DNA of 64,000 nucleotides from Dehalococcoidia bacterium (GCA_965248515.1 CBDFJU010000002.1:878847-942846), one strand, 5' to 3'; positions 38,621 to 49,583 are shown, counted from the stretch's first letter. Notes: generated by a model from the sequence alone, not told the origin. Numbers and translations: made by a program.

Positions 38621-38755
38621 CGCTGCTCCTTTCATGAGGTACTCTACCCTCACTTCAGGAGCTCACACCACTCTCAGACTCTCGGGTTTTCTACCCCTCT
38701 CACGTGTCCCATTATCGCTGACGGTCTACATCCCGGGTGATCTTGGCGAGCGGAC

Positions 38756-38790
38756 AAAGAAAGACCCCCACGTCCACCAACGTAGGGGTC
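38756..38790 (-). terminator. Terminator-like hairpin GACCCCTACG..CGTGGGGGTC followed by UUUCUUU on the minus strand (inside repeat A)
   Basis: 9/10-bp GC-rich stem followed by a T-rich tract on the minus strand; the same structure recurs at 51446-51480. Confidence 0.4.
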
Positions 38791-38893
38791 GGGCCGCACG
38801 ATATGGTGCCAGAGTCGGTCTACTTCGATCTTACCACGACCGCCTGGACCTCGGCAACGGCCACCGCATCCTGTCGACGAAAGGAGTCGGGAC

Positions 38894-39017
38894 ATGGAAC
38901 TCGAGAGGCAGCAGCGCCTCATAACGGATCGACAACAACAAGTTCTCGCCCTGGTGGCAGAGGGGAACAGCAACAAGTCCATCGCCTCGGAGCTCGTGAT
39001 CTCCGAGAGAACGGTCA
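38894..39017 (+). pseudogene. 5' fragment of a LuxR-type HTH gene (duplicate of the 51581 gene start)
   Basis: MELERQQRLITDRQQQVLALVAEGNSNKSIASELVISERTV matches 51581..51799 and then diverges into antisense sequence of another gene. Confidence 0.6.
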
Positions 39018-39089
39018 GGCGGTCGGCCAACGGGACGTGTGCTCAGTCGGCTGGCGGGTGCTTGACGAGGGAGCTTCCAACCCCGCGGG

Positions 39090-42000
39090 AAATAATCCGG
39101 GTGGCTCATGAACTTGGCGAAGCCGGGGTCGAACGCCGCCATCTCGGCCTCTTCGAGTTCCACCATGCGTTCAGGTCGTCGTAGACAGCCCGCAGGTTCT
39201 CAGGGACCTCGCCCTCACCATGGAGAGCCTTGAACAGCCCCTCGGTCTCAGCACGGGACGCTCCGGGTTTCAAGCCCGAGCTCTTCATCAACCGTTAGCC
39301 GTTCTCGTAGTACTGCTGCGCCTCGAGGGCCCCGACGTTGCTCTTGCCCTCCCATTTGCGCAGGATGCCCGTCTCCGGGCTCTCCCCCGTGGGAAGGTCA
39401 AGGTCGTCGGGATCGATCGGTGGTCGACGTCCTTTACCGCCACGGCCACGCGCCACCTGTGGGCGTGCTCCCTCCGTTACACCGTCGGGGGCAGTGGCTT
39501 TGAACCCACTCTTGGGCGATTCCCCAAGCGTCACCTTCGGCCTGAGCGGACGGCCACCGCCACGCTCCTGAGCAATCGCGGCCTCCACGACAGGGCGTAT
39601 TCGCTCAGCCCCTGTGCTTGCAGCTGTCGTTGCCCGGTCCACAGCGATGTCGGCGGTCCGCTTGGCGATCCGGCTGCCTCCAGCGCCAGTGGGCGGGAAG
39701 ATGAGCAGGTCCGCCGCCAGCTCGGCAGGGAACCGGATGCCCGGATGCACTTGGCTCCATCGCTTGCGGGCCTCCTCAAGGCTTCGCGGGGCCTGGCCTG
39801 TGCTCAGCAACGTCAACTCACCCAACATGCTCTGGAGGGCCAGGGTGTACGCATCTGCGGCTTCGCTGACGGCCGGCGCGGGAACAAGAAGGGAAGCGCC
39901 TTCGCGAAGGCCTGGACCGAGGGGGGCAGGACGACGCTGACCTGTCACGTCTTTTGTTCGTGACCGGGCTTCCTCGAACGAGCCGATGGGGTCTGTGGCG
40001 CCCCCCGCGATCTCCCCGACCTTCTGTGCGATCGTGCTGGCCGCTCGCGAGACCGGCGACTCGATGAGGTCCACAGCCCGCGGGACGCTCATCAACATGG
40101 CCGCTTGACCCTTGAACAAATCGCGAAGGTCCGGGCTCCTGAAGCCCGAGCGCTGGTTCAAGCCGAACACGTTGTCGATGTCGCCGGCGATCTCTTCAGC
40201 GGTAGTCTTCGGCCAGCCGGCCTGCCGCAACAGCTCGACTCTGGAGCTCGTCGGGATCTGACTTAGCGCGATGGCGTCGGGGTCTCGACGGCTAGTCTCG
40301 AATCCGTCCTTGACGCGCTCGAAGTCACCGCCTGCCGACGAGAAGACCGACTGTAGCCTGCCCGACTGCCTTTGGTCCCGCCGCATCCGTTCCCCAGACG
40401 GGATGCTTTCGCGTTTGGGCAGACTGCCGAACGAGAGGGCCCCGGGGATCGCGGACCTGCGCCGCTCTCTACCAACGTCTGGCTTGGGGGCTGCTCGCCG
40501 CGGCTCGGGCGGGAGGCCCGGAAAATGGAACCTGTTCAGGTTGGTCGTCACCAGCCGGCAAGCCTCGGCCGCGGCAATCGTCGGGGGGGCTTGGCCGGGA
40601 CAGGAGGAAGCGGCCCACCTTGCCCTAGCTTCTCGAGCTCTCTAGCCTCGAACAGCGTCCTCGTGATCGCGCTCCCGATCTCCCGAAGTTGGGCCCGGTC
40701 GCTGATCGGGGCGTTGAAGTCGAGCCCCCTGTTGCGCCCAGCTTGCTCGATGACCGAGGCGATGCGTCCTGGTAGACCGCTCAGGGACCCGACAGTCTGC
40801 GGACCAACATCACCGAGTGGACCAAGCACCGCATCTTGGAAACGTTGCAGGCTGAAAGGCTCCTTTGGCTCGAAGATGCCGGCGATTGCGCCGAGCGTAT
40901 CTGCATCGAATACGTTCCCTGCGTTGAAAGAGACCAGGCGGCCATCAACCTCCGTCGTTTGGGCCCCGCCGATAAAGCCAGCGAAGAGGTCCGTTAGCTC
41001 GTCGCCGCGAGCCTCACGAGCCTGACCGATGATGGAAGCCACGTCGATGTCGGGGTTGTCCTGGGCGCTCTGGAGCGCCGCGTCAAGATCAAACGTGGGA
41101 CTGAAGGAGTGCTCAGCCGTGATGTCAGCGGCTAGCTGTTCGGCCGTCTTCCCGGCCTGGAACTCCTCGGCTTGATCCAGGAAAGAGGTTCCTTTGGAGA
41201 GAAAGTCTTCGAAGCTCTCCTTTCCGCCAGAGGCGATGAACGCATCCCTGAGCGTCGGCGCCTGAGCCGCCAGGTTCGCCGCGACGTCATCCGGAAGCCG
41301 TCCGATGAGCTGGCTGACCCGATTGTTGAACAGGCTGCCAGCCCACCCTCGCGTTCGAGCTGTAGGCGGTTATCCTTTTGCCCTTGCGTCTCAAAGGCCG
41401 CGATGGCTCCGACCGTGCTGCTCGCGTCTCCAGTGACAAGCGCCCCTGCGAATTGAGTGCCCGCCGCAGCCGTCCCGAGCATCTGCGAACCTCGTGGTTC
41501 CAACCATTCGCCAATCGGTGTGCCGGCTGGAAGCCCTTCACGGACGTAGTCGGTGACCGCCTGGTCCATGCCATCCAGCAGCGTCTCGGCAAGCCCAGAC
41601 AGCTCTCTTCGCTCGGTTTCAAGAAGGCCAGGGGCGCGACTCGCTTCTCTGAGGCTCGTGGCCCATCCGCGCATCCGACCGAAGATTTGCCCGTTGATCC
41701 ATTGCCGCTCTTCGTCCAGCTCCGTTAACGTCCTGATCTCACGGTCAAGAGACCGCTTCACGTCGGCCGCTGCGGATCCGAACTCGCCGCCCTGGAGCAG
41801 CACCGTGCGGTCCCACAGGTCATCCCATTGGTCGGCGACGTAGCGCCGTGCCGCACCGTCCCGGAATTGGAACAGGCGGTCGTGGATTACCGAGCCCTCG
41901 ACCGGCTCTTCACCTTGAAAGGCCATCGTTGCTGCCTGCCCCATGATGCTCTGTGCCTGCTGGAGGAACCAGGACTCAAAAAGCTCGGTCTCGGCTTTGG

Positions 42001-43057
42001 CGTTCCGACCGAACTCATGCCCGATGACCGCTGATACGCCTTGTTCCTCGAAGTCAAATGTGGCGTCTCGGCTCCGCTCCCCCAGGCCTGTAGCGATGCC
42101 GTCGTAGAGCGTGCGGAAGTTTTTCGAGGCGTCTTCCACCAGGACGTCGGAGACGATCGATGAGGCGCCGCCTAACAGCAGCTCTCGCAGCACAGCGGCC
42201 TGCTCTTCATCGGAACGCCCCGTGATGAACTCGAGGGCCTTTACCTCGACCTCGTCGGCCTGAGTCCTCGTGAGAAGCCCTGCCCGCACCAGGCCGTTCA
42301 CGCCGTCCTTGACCACCTCGGTTGCTGTGGGGGCGGCTTCCTCCTGGGCCTCGCTCCGAACGTTCGTCACCGTGTCGATGAACGACTGACCGAAGAGCGT
42401 TTGATCGGCCGGCGGGGTGAAGGCAAGCTCCGGAGGCAAGTCCATCGCTGCGGGTTGTCGTGAGGCGGTGAAGTCCTGGACGGCAACGCGGCGTTCTCCG
42501 GGCGACAGGTTCAACACGCGACCCCAGAACACGTCAAACACACTGTCGGCCTCCGCGTCGGTGATGAGGCCCGACTGTGGGACGCCGTTCAGGAAGTCCG
42601 CGATCGTCGCCCGAGACGCGGAGGTCGAGCCCAGCAGAGCATCCTCCTCCTGGGCGATGAGGGCCGACAGTCTCTCCGTGAGCAGCAGCTCACCATCCTC
42701 GTCGATGGTCCCGAAACGATCGAGAACCCGTTGGGCCTCGTCCTCCCCGAGACCCTGTACCCGCTGGCCCAGCGTCTCGGAGACCTTCCGGAAAAGGGGG
42801 TCTCCCCGCCGGTCCCCTCGAAAGGTTCTCGAAAGGGCGTCCCGGAACACCTGCAGGGCCTTGGGCTCTTCGTTGCTCTTTGCCGGCGCCACCGTTCTGG
42901 TGACGATCTGAGCGACGTCAGCCGCGAGCCCTTCCGGCTGCGTCCCGTTCTCCACGAACGCGAGTCGCGCTTGAGTCTCAGTGGACGTGGGCTCTCGGCC
43001 CATGAGCGCGCTGAAGAGATCCACCCACGCCGCGTGTTCTGTATCACCATTGGCCAT
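39090..43057 (-). pseudogene. Large hypothetical gene (>=1250 aa if joined) split over at least four frames
   Basis: Track ORFs 41132..43057, 40548..41042 (frame stays open upstream to ~41390), 39295..40551, 39106..39291 and 38831..39166 each contain plausible sequence that turns into P/R-rich junk near the breaks. One join (..EREGGLAA|LFNNRVSQLIG..) needs only a C insertion near 41340. Confidence 0.45.
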
Positions 43058-43330
43058 TTATCTGCTCCCGCTCTTTCTCCGAATAGTGGCCTGAACCCTG
43101 AGGTTGTCAGCCTCCGCGAATCGTCCTTCGTCTTCGAGGGTGCGTATCGCGGCCTCGAGCTCTCGAATGCTCTGCGGATTCATGCCCATCAGTCGGCGCG
43201 CCTGAGCCTTGTTGTTTCCGAGGTCCACGAACACCCGGCCGATAAACGTCTTCCTGCGTGGCCGCGGCGCGTTAACCGGGTCGTTGCCCTGGATTAGCCG
43301 TTCGCTGGGTTCAGTCGTCATGGCGTCCAT
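43058..43330 (-). CDS. Hypothetical protein (90 aa)
   Basis: ORF between the large fragmented gene and the upstream small genes; composition plausible for coding. Confidence 0.35.
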   Translation of the reverse strand: MDAMTTEPSERLIQGNDPVNAPRPRRKTFIGRVFVDLGNNKAQARRLMGMNPQSIRELEAAIRTLEDEGRFAEADNLRVQATIRRKSGSR

Positions 43331-43548
43331 CGTCTGGCAGACCGACGCGAAGATGTATCAGGCCTGCGACCCCCGCGACCGAGAGCGGCGGTTCCCACCC
43401 CATGTCCACCGTCACTTTGCAGGCCGCGGCCAACTCGGGCGCCGCCAGGGCGGCTGGCATGCCCCCAAGCCGCATATCATGACGTCGGAGCTGCCGTTCC
43501 AAGAACAGGGCCATTACACTCTCGTCGATCTTCCCCGTTACCATCGGA

Positions 43549-43737
43549 CTAGGGCCAGCGACCGACGAGGACCCGGTATAGGCGCTTATGCCCCACCGTC
43601 AGGCGGTGTTCTGTCCACCACCGGCCCACAGCGGCGACCCCCGCCTTCAAGTCCTCGCGCTCTTCGAGCTCGACTAGGGCCTCCATAGCCTGATTGGCCG
43701 CAGAGTCCATCTGGGCTACCTTTTCCTCATCTGGCAT
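43549..43737 (-). CDS. Hypothetical protein (62 aa)
   Basis: Acidic helical sequence MPDEEKVAQMDSAANQAMEALVELEERE; short. Confidence 0.3.
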   Translation of the reverse strand: MPDEEKVAQMDSAANQAMEALVELEEREDLKAGVAAVGRWWTEHRLTVGHKRLYRVLVGRWP

Positions 43738-43743
43738 CGTTAT

Positions 43744-44310
43744 TCACTCCTTCCGTTCGTTCAGAGAATGTTGAGTTCCACAATACCTCAGTCCACTCCT
43801 GGCGCTCGTCACGATGGCCGCTTCGTCACATCCTGGAGCAGTGCAGGACTCTTCGTGGACCTCACAGAGGGGCATTAAGATTTCCCCTGAAGGCAACGTG
43901 GCGACGACGTAGACGTAGGGCTCTGCAGCGCACTCTGGGGCAGCGCAGGGGCCACGAGCGATCATCTCCGCGACAACGAATGCCCGGTTGGCCTTCAGTT
44001 CTGCTTGAAGGGTTTCAGAAACCCGAGAGCGCGGATTGGCAGTGAACGACCACATGCCTGCGTTGGTCTGCACCAAACGGAGTGCGACATCGGCTTCCAT
44101 GCAACGCCGTAGAAGCGCCTCCAGAACGCCCGGGTTATCCCTTCGCCACCGTAGGTAGTCCACAACCTCGTCGCGGTCGGCACGGATAGCGGCCCTCATC
44201 TCCGGAGACACAGCGGCCGCAGGCCGCGCCACGATGTCGGACCCGTCGAGTTCAAGCCAAACACCGGCCTCATTGGCCTTCCTGACGATCTCGGCCACGG
44301 AAGTATTCAC
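43744..44310 (-). CDS. Hypothetical protein with a Cys-rich C-terminus (possible Zn-binding)
   Basis: GPCAAPECAAEP...PLCEVHEESCTAPGC...YCGTQHS; 4-nt overlap with the primase gene. Confidence 0.45.
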   Translation of the reverse strand: MNTSVAEIVRKANEAGVWLELDGSDIVARPAAAVSPEMRAAIRADRDEVVDYLRWRRDNPGVLEALLRRCMEADVALRLVQTNAGMWSFTANPRSRVSETLQAELKANRAFVVAEMIARGPCAAPECAAEPYVYVVATLPSGEILMPLCEVHEESCTAPGCDEAAIVTSARSGLRYCGTQHSLNERKE

Positions 44311-46745
44311 AGTCGCACCTCGTCGGCGGCGAACAGGTCCGCCGTCTCGAGCTCTTTTGGCGGATCGTCGACAGGCTTGCGATGCCTAAGAAAATCAGGG
44401 TTCACCTCATACGACGGCGCTGCTGGCCGTCCACGCCCCACCCGCTCCTCCTCCTGCCGTCTAACGATGCCTCGCTCCTCGAGCACGTCTAGGGCGGCGT
44501 TCAGGCCAACAACACGACGAAACCGACTCTTTGTCGCTTGCCATACCCCTTGCTTGGTGAACAACGAACACCGCTCGCGTTCGATCCACCGGGCAACGTG
44601 CTTGGCGTCCTCGATGGCAGGGTCCGCACCCATCATGGCGAAGGCGACTAGCGCATGGTCAACGAAGTAGTCGACAATCGTCATGGCGGACTGCATGGTC
44701 GACTCTGCTAATGGAACGTCCCATGGGTCCGGTTTGTCGTGATGCGTGAAAAGGTGAAGCACCCCGGCCACACGTGCCACCTTGCCATCTCGTTTCAAGC
44801 CCCAGTCCTGCAAGTCGTGCAGGCGCCCCCCAGGCCCAAGCTCCTGCTCTGACTGAAATCGATATGCCCGAAAGAGTGCTTTGGCCTCGGTGGAGAGTGT
44901 TATCTCGGGGGGCTTGCCGTCTGGCGACGTTGGCAGCTTCAAGAGGTTACGTATGAGGCGATCCCAGCCCCGCACAAGATCCTCCGGTATGGGCGGGGCG
45001 TCCACATCGCGAGTTCCGACGCGACTTTGCGGGATGGAGTAAGAGAACCGAGCCAGTAGCCCACGACCACGGAAGCGCGGATTGTCGGCCAGTCCAGCTA
45101 GGACATTTGGCTGAACAGTCAGCACCAAGGTTAGTGCCGGCGAAGGTATGAATTCGGGTGGGCGACTTCGCCTGTCCACCCTGATCGGGGATGCCGAATA
45201 GGCGTCCAAGAAGGCGTCCAGATTAGAAATGCCGTCGTTGTAACGTCCACCGATATTGTCAAACAGTCCGCCCTCGTCCGCCCACACGGCCATGCGGCCG
45301 TCGTGATCGGCCAGCAATCCGGTAATCGCCTCCGGTGTCGCGTCCCCGGCGAGAAGGCGGGGCGTTGTCAGGACCCGCGTATCTGCTAGCTCTTTGGCGA
45401 GTTTGACTACATCCTCGGTATCGACATTCCCTTTTGCGGCGTCTCGCTTGGCATTCGCAAGCCGCTGTTCGAGCACATCGTGCTTGGCCTTTTGTTCTGC
45501 TATCTCCGGCCTCGCGGCTTCGGCCAACTCTCGTTCGCGGTCCTCAATCGGCCTGATGGCCGTCTTGTAGCTGGGCGTGCGACGCTCGCCAGAGGGAAGC
45601 ACGTTCATGTACCAATCTGCCAAAGGCTCTTGCCAGTCGGGACCGAGGCGAACGACCGACCGCTTCGCCGCCGCGGTGTGCCCCGCCCCCAGCACTAGTA
45701 GGGCCGGGAGATCAGCGGGCACCTGGAAACTACTGGCCGACGCCTCAACAAAACGCCGCACCGCATCGGGAAGAGCGTCCAGCGGAAAGGGTGGTCCCAC
45801 GGCGTTGATGAAACCCACGATCACGGGCCACTCGCCGTCCGCGGGGTTGCCATCTAATGAACCTGACGCCGCGCCGTTCCTTGACGAGTCATAGAAGGCC
45901 CCTGCCTGCAGACTCAGGGCGATGGTGCTTTGTCTACACTCAGGACGGTTGGTCCACTTCTCTCGGACGAGGCCGCTCTGGTCAAATAGCCGTTCGATGC
46001 GGTCTGGATCGGCGCCGGTGTAGAACCCCAGCTTGGAGCATAGCGCGGCGTCGGCCTCACTTGCTGAGTCGTAACCGGTCGCGTCTCCTTCCCAAAGACG
46101 CTGCCCTTTGCCGCCGTCGTTGGCGCTCGTCAGCTTCTCGATGATCTGGTCATCCGATAGCTCGCTCGTTGTCGGCGGTGGGGCTGTCGAGGCGGGCGGT
46201 ACCGCAGGAGGTTCGAGGAACTTTCCGTATAGCCAGTTAAGCCCTTCTTGACGCTCTTCAATCGTGGTCGGAGTGCCTGTGAGGTGGTTCCCCGTCACGG
46301 TGAAGAAGCGGTCGTGATCGTAGACCTCGACATTGCCCTTTCGAGACTTTGGGCCAGGCTTCCCGCCCTTAATCCAGACACGAAGCCCGCAGTTGCTCGG
46401 AGTGACCTCAGTAAAGGAGCCGAGGGAATCGACGATTTCCTGGGCCCATGGCTCCACGACGCCGGTGCTCGGGTCTCGACAGTGATCAAGGTCAGCGGCG
46501 ACATACGGGTCTTGCTGCGTTACACAGAGGCCGACACCCGCCCAGTTGAACTCTTCCTTGGCTTTGACTGCCGCCTCGTAGGTGGACCACGACGTCTTGG
46601 CAGTAACGTCGGCCTCGTGCCCCGTGTTGGCACTCATCGGGACCTTCGTCCATTTATCGCCGCGTCGCTCGAAGCGCCAAGCAACCCACTGAGACAACTC
46701 CACGAGCTCGGGGGGTATGACGGGTGCTGTCGTCGTCAACGTCAT
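44307..46745 (-). CDS. Bifunctional primase-polymerase (PrimPol N-domain) fused to a P4/D5-type helicase-associated C-terminal region
   Basis: LSQWVAWRFERRGDKWTKVPM...GVGLCVTQQDPYVAADLDHC PrimPol motifs, 800+ aa typical of integrative-element primases. Start 46745 is preferred over track 46823, which would overlap the AlpA gene. Confidence 0.75.
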   Translation of the reverse strand: MTLTTTAPVIPPELVELSQWVAWRFERRGDKWTKVPMSANTGHEADVTAKTSWSTYEAAVKAKEEFNWAGVGLCVTQQDPYVAADLDHCRDPSTGVVEPWAQEIVDSLGSFTEVTPSNCGLRVWIKGGKPGPKSRKGNVEVYDHDRFFTVTGNHLTGTPTTIEERQEGLNWLYGKFLEPPAVPPASTAPPPTTSELSDDQIIEKLTSANDGGKGQRLWEGDATGYDSASEADAALCSKLGFYTGADPDRIERLFDQSGLVREKWTNRPECRQSTIALSLQAGAFYDSSRNGAASGSLDGNPADGEWPVIVGFINAVGPPFPLDALPDAVRRFVEASASSFQVPADLPALLVLGAGHTAAAKRSVVRLGPDWQEPLADWYMNVLPSGERRTPSYKTAIRPIEDRERELAEAARPEIAEQKAKHDVLEQRLANAKRDAAKGNVDTEDVVKLAKELADTRVLTTPRLLAGDATPEAITGLLADHDGRMAVWADEGGLFDNIGGRYNDGISNLDAFLDAYSASPIRVDRRSRPPEFIPSPALTLVLTVQPNVLAGLADNPRFRGRGLLARFSYSIPQSRVGTRDVDAPPIPEDLVRGWDRLIRNLLKLPTSPDGKPPEITLSTEAKALFRAYRFQSEQELGPGGRLHDLQDWGLKRDGKVARVAGVLHLFTHHDKPDPWDVPLAESTMQSAMTIVDYFVDHALVAFAMMGADPAIEDAKHVARWIERERCSLFTKQGVWQATKSRFRRVVGLNAALDVLEERGIVRRQEEERVGRGRPAAPSYEVNPDFLRHRKPVDDPPKELETADLFAADEVRL

Positions 46746-46761
46746 GGCCTCGCGTTGTGGC

Positions 46762-46974
46762 CTAGCCGCTAACGACGGCCTGCGAGCCATTCGCCTGCGA
46801 CTCCAGAAGGCGGGACAGAGCATCTTCTGGAATCAAGTATCGAGTACCCAGGCGAACGTGCTCAATTGTTCCCTCTCGAAGGAGGTCGTAAAGCTTGTTT
46901 TTCGCCACCAGGCCGCGGTGCTCCGCTAGAAACTGGCCAGGGGTCAGCCATCGGGTCGCTCCACTAGTCGTCAT
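46762..46974 (-). CDS. AlpA/excisionase-family HTH protein
   Basis: TRWLTPGQFLAEHRGLVAKNKLYDLLREGTIEHVRLGTRYLIPEDAL, as I recall typical of the phage AlpA/Xis HTH; GGGAGGG SD before ATG 46974. Confidence 0.65.
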   Translation of the reverse strand: MTTSGATRWLTPGQFLAEHRGLVAKNKLYDLLREGTIEHVRLGTRYLIPEDALSRLLESQANGSQAVVSG

Positions 46975-47126
46975 ATCTTTGGTTCCCTCCCTGCATTGAC
47001 AGACCCTGGCGAGTGTGTGAATATCACTCTTAGAACCACGGTAACCCTGCGAGTCACGCATTCATAGACAATTATGGCGTGATATTTGTTCAAAAATACT
47101 AGAGAGGCAAGGAGGTCTTTAAGCTC

Positions 47127-48176
47127 GTGCCGCCAACATGGATAGAACTCTCGGATCACGACCGTTCCTTTGGGCGCTCGGTCGCGAGTGGGTTATGGGC
47201 AGTCTTTCCCGAGTACGTCGTTGAGGGTCAGAGGATAGTACCTCCGCCCCGAACGATGAGGACGGGCGAGTACCTCATCGTCGCAAGGGACAAGGCCCGG
47301 TACTACCGACCCATGGAACATCCCGGCCTGCCGTTCGAGCTAATGAAAGTCCAGAACGGTGACGTCAAAGCGGCCCAACGTTTCGTCAGTCGGTTTGGCG
47401 GACTCGGGCACCACGAAATTAGGCTCGCCGAGATTATGCGGGCGATGGGCGGTCAGTCAATCCGCCAAGCGGAGGCAGAGGGCGGCCAGTCAATCCGCCA
47501 AGCGGGAACAAGGGGCGAGGCGTTGCCAGGAGTTGATCGACAAAACCCGATAGACACCCGTCCGCTGGAACCGCTGGAGTTCATCTGGAGCCACGCGACC
47601 CAGTTACGCCTTCTTTTCTCTACCTATGAAGCTCTCAAGGCCGACGATGAAGCCGTCGTACAGAGGGTGGTCCAGGAGTTCACTACAACCGAACCCCTGG
47701 TAGAAGATCGCAAGCTCTATATACAGACCTGGCTCTCTCGCGGGATAGAACATGGGGAACCGCTGTACGACCTCATCGGGGCCACGGCCGAATACATGGA
47801 GGAGTGGGGGAACCGCCTTTTAGCCAGCAAGTGGCTCATGTCTGTCTGCACCTCCAACCTCACTGACTTTACTCCGATCGTTGACTATGTCGATCAACCG
47901 GCCAGGTTCGTTGTTTCCTACAAATGGGCATTCTTGCTGAACGTTGTGTACTGGCATGCCGCAGCCGTCTTCACACGATCGGGAGAGATCGCTATATGCC
48001 GGGAGTGCGGCCACTCATTTGAAAAAACTGACAGGCGGCAGCAGTTCTGTCCACCTGACTTAGAACAGCGCGAAGAGTATCGCTTTGGGCTCAGGAGTCG
48101 AGCACAAAGCCGCTGCGCGATGCGTTACCGAGCGAGGAAGAGTCGACGTGATCCAAAGCCAAAGGAGGGTCAATAG
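47127..48176 (+). CDS. Hypothetical protein with internal tandem repeat and a C-terminal CxxC...C zinc-ribbon-like motif
   Basis: GGQSIRQAEAE/GGQSIRQAGTR repeat; ICRECGHSF...QQFCPP; stop is 2 nt before the integrase start. Confidence 0.5.
   Translation: MPPTWIELSDHDRSFGRSVASGLWAVFPEYVVEGQRIVPPPRTMRTGEYLIVARDKARYYRPMEHPGLPFELMKVQNGDVKAAQRFVSRFGGLGHHEIRLAEIMRAMGGQSIRQAEAEGGQSIRQAGTRGEALPGVDRQNPIDTRPLEPLEFIWSHATQLRLLFSTYEALKADDEAVVQRVVQEFTTTEPLVEDRKLYIQTWLSRGIEHGEPLYDLIGATAEYMEEWGNRLLASKWLMSVCTSNLTDFTPIVDYVDQPARFVVSYKWAFLLNVVYWHAAAVFTRSGEIAICRECGHSFEKTDRRQQFCPPDLEQREEYRFGLRSRAQSRCAMRYRARKSRRDPKPKEGQ
47448..47505. repeat. Tandem repeat, 25-bp core with 33-bp period, x2, in-frame
   Basis: GGCGGTCAGTCAATCCGCCAAGCGG / GGCGGCCAGTCAATCCGCCAAGCGG. 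Confidence 0.7.
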
Positions 48177-48178
48177 AC

Positions 48179-49305
48179 ATGAACGGATCGATCAGACGCC
48201 GCAGTAAGGGCTCGTGGGAGCTCAACATCGACATCGGCCGCGACGCCAAGGGCAAACGCCTACGTCGCTTCTTGAACGTAAAAGGAAAGAAGGCCGACGC
48301 CGAGCGCAAGCTGCGCGAGATCATTGACTCCATGGAGCGGGGCCTACCCGCCAGGCCAGAGAAGCTCACTGTTGGCGAATGGCTTACGTCTTGGCTCGGA
48401 ACCCACGGTAAGCAGCACTTCAGACAGAAGACCCTTGAACGCTACTCCGGCCTCATCGAGCGACACATCGTCCCCTCGATCGGACACCTGAAACTCACTA
48501 AGCTAGCACCAGTCGACATCCGCAACCTTGAAGCGGACCTCCTCAACGCTGGGATGGCTCCCGCCGGCGTCGAGCTGGTCCACACCGTGATTAGCGGCGC
48601 GCTCAAAGCGGCCCTACGGCTGGACCTTGTTTGGCGCAACGTCGCGCAGGCTGTCTCCGCCCCCAGGCGCCCACATCACGAACTCCAGATCCCCGAGCTT
48701 GGCAATATTCGGCGGGTCTTGGACCGGGCACGGGACGACCGGCATGAACTCTACGCCGCCGTTCACCTCGTCGCGTACGGGGGCCTCAGGCGCGGGGAAT
48801 GTTTGGGTTTAAGTTGGGATAACGTAGACCTAGATGGTGGCACCGTCAGTATTGTCCGAAGCCTTGTCCGATCCCAGGAGCTCGGGCTGATCTTCACAAG
48901 CCCGAAGACAGACCGTAGCCGCAGGCGCATCGACATCGACTCGGAAACAGTCGAGGTGTTACGGGCCACCACGTTCGCCAGCTCGAGCAACGCCTGAAGA
49001 TGGGACAGGACTACAAGGACGACAATCTTGTCTTTGCGGACCCGCTCGGCCGTCCGATCAACCCGATGGCCCTCACTCGCGCCTTCCGTTCACTCGCGAG
49101 GAAGGAAGGGATTCCGGTCCCTCGCCTCCACGACCTCCGACACATGCACGTCTCCGCTCTCTTCGCCATAGGGCAGAGCCCGGTCCTGGTGCAGCAGCGA
49201 TTAGGCCACGCCTCGATCAAGACGACGGTGGACGTCTACGGCCATCTCTTCCCAGGACAGCAACGGGAGGCCGCGGAACGCTTCGCCCAGGCTATGCGCC
49301 AGTAA
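48179..49305 (+). pseudogene. Tyrosine recombinase/phage integrase split by a 1-nt deletion near 48966
   Basis: ORFs 48179..48997 and 49000..49305; the second carries HDLRHMHVSALFAIGQSPVLVQQRLGHASIKTTVDVYGHL (R-H-R-Y catalytic region). Restoring one C in GGGCC_ACC gives ..VLRAHHVRQLEQRLKMGQDYKD.. Confidence 0.7.
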
Positions 49306-49364
49306 TAGCCTCGCGCCATCTCCCCCTTGCCAGGCGATGAGCTGCGCCCGCTACCATCGCCGCC

Positions 49365-49583
49365 ATGCTGTACGTCGACACCCGGTACCGCTGGAAGCCC
49401 GGCCAACGCGTCTATATCGGCCGTGGGCCCCACGCCGGCCACTGGGCGACCGTGGATCGCATGGCGGCGCAAATCCGCGGTGAGGACGGCGCTCTCGTCA
49501 CGGTGCCTGGCTACAACGTCGAACTGGACGATGGGCGCCGTGCGCAGGTTCGGTGGTCCTGGGCCTTCGTCGCACCGAGCTAG
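49365..49583 (+). CDS. Hypothetical small protein (72 aa)
   Basis: ORF immediately downstream of the integrase; no recognisable motif. Confidence 0.3.
   Translation: MLYVDTRYRWKPGQRVYIGRGPHAGHWATVDRMAAQIRGEDGALVTVPGYNVELDDGRRAQVRWSWAFVAPS

Larger units (their letters stand above)
37183..38730 (-). mobile_element. IS3-family element, second type, full length (~1.55 kb)
   Basis: IRs TGTAGACCGTCAGCGATAATGGGACAC (rc at 38730) and TGTTGGCAACCAGCGAAAGTGGGACAC (37183); carries orfA and orfB with an A7 slippery site. Confidence 0.75.
38755..39017 (+). repeat. Direct repeat A (263 bp, ~96% identical to 51445-51704): candidate attL of the integrative element; contains the 5' 124 nt of a LuxR-type gene
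   Basis: Alignment by eye with 51445-51704: a few mismatches and one 3-nt indel; the two copies diverge after ACGGTCA. Confidence 0.7.

Noticed and set aside
43311-43544. 77-aa minus-strand ORF overlapping neighbours by 20 nt
   Set aside because: Short, no SD seen, and it overlaps the 90-aa ORF; insufficient evidence to call it a gene.
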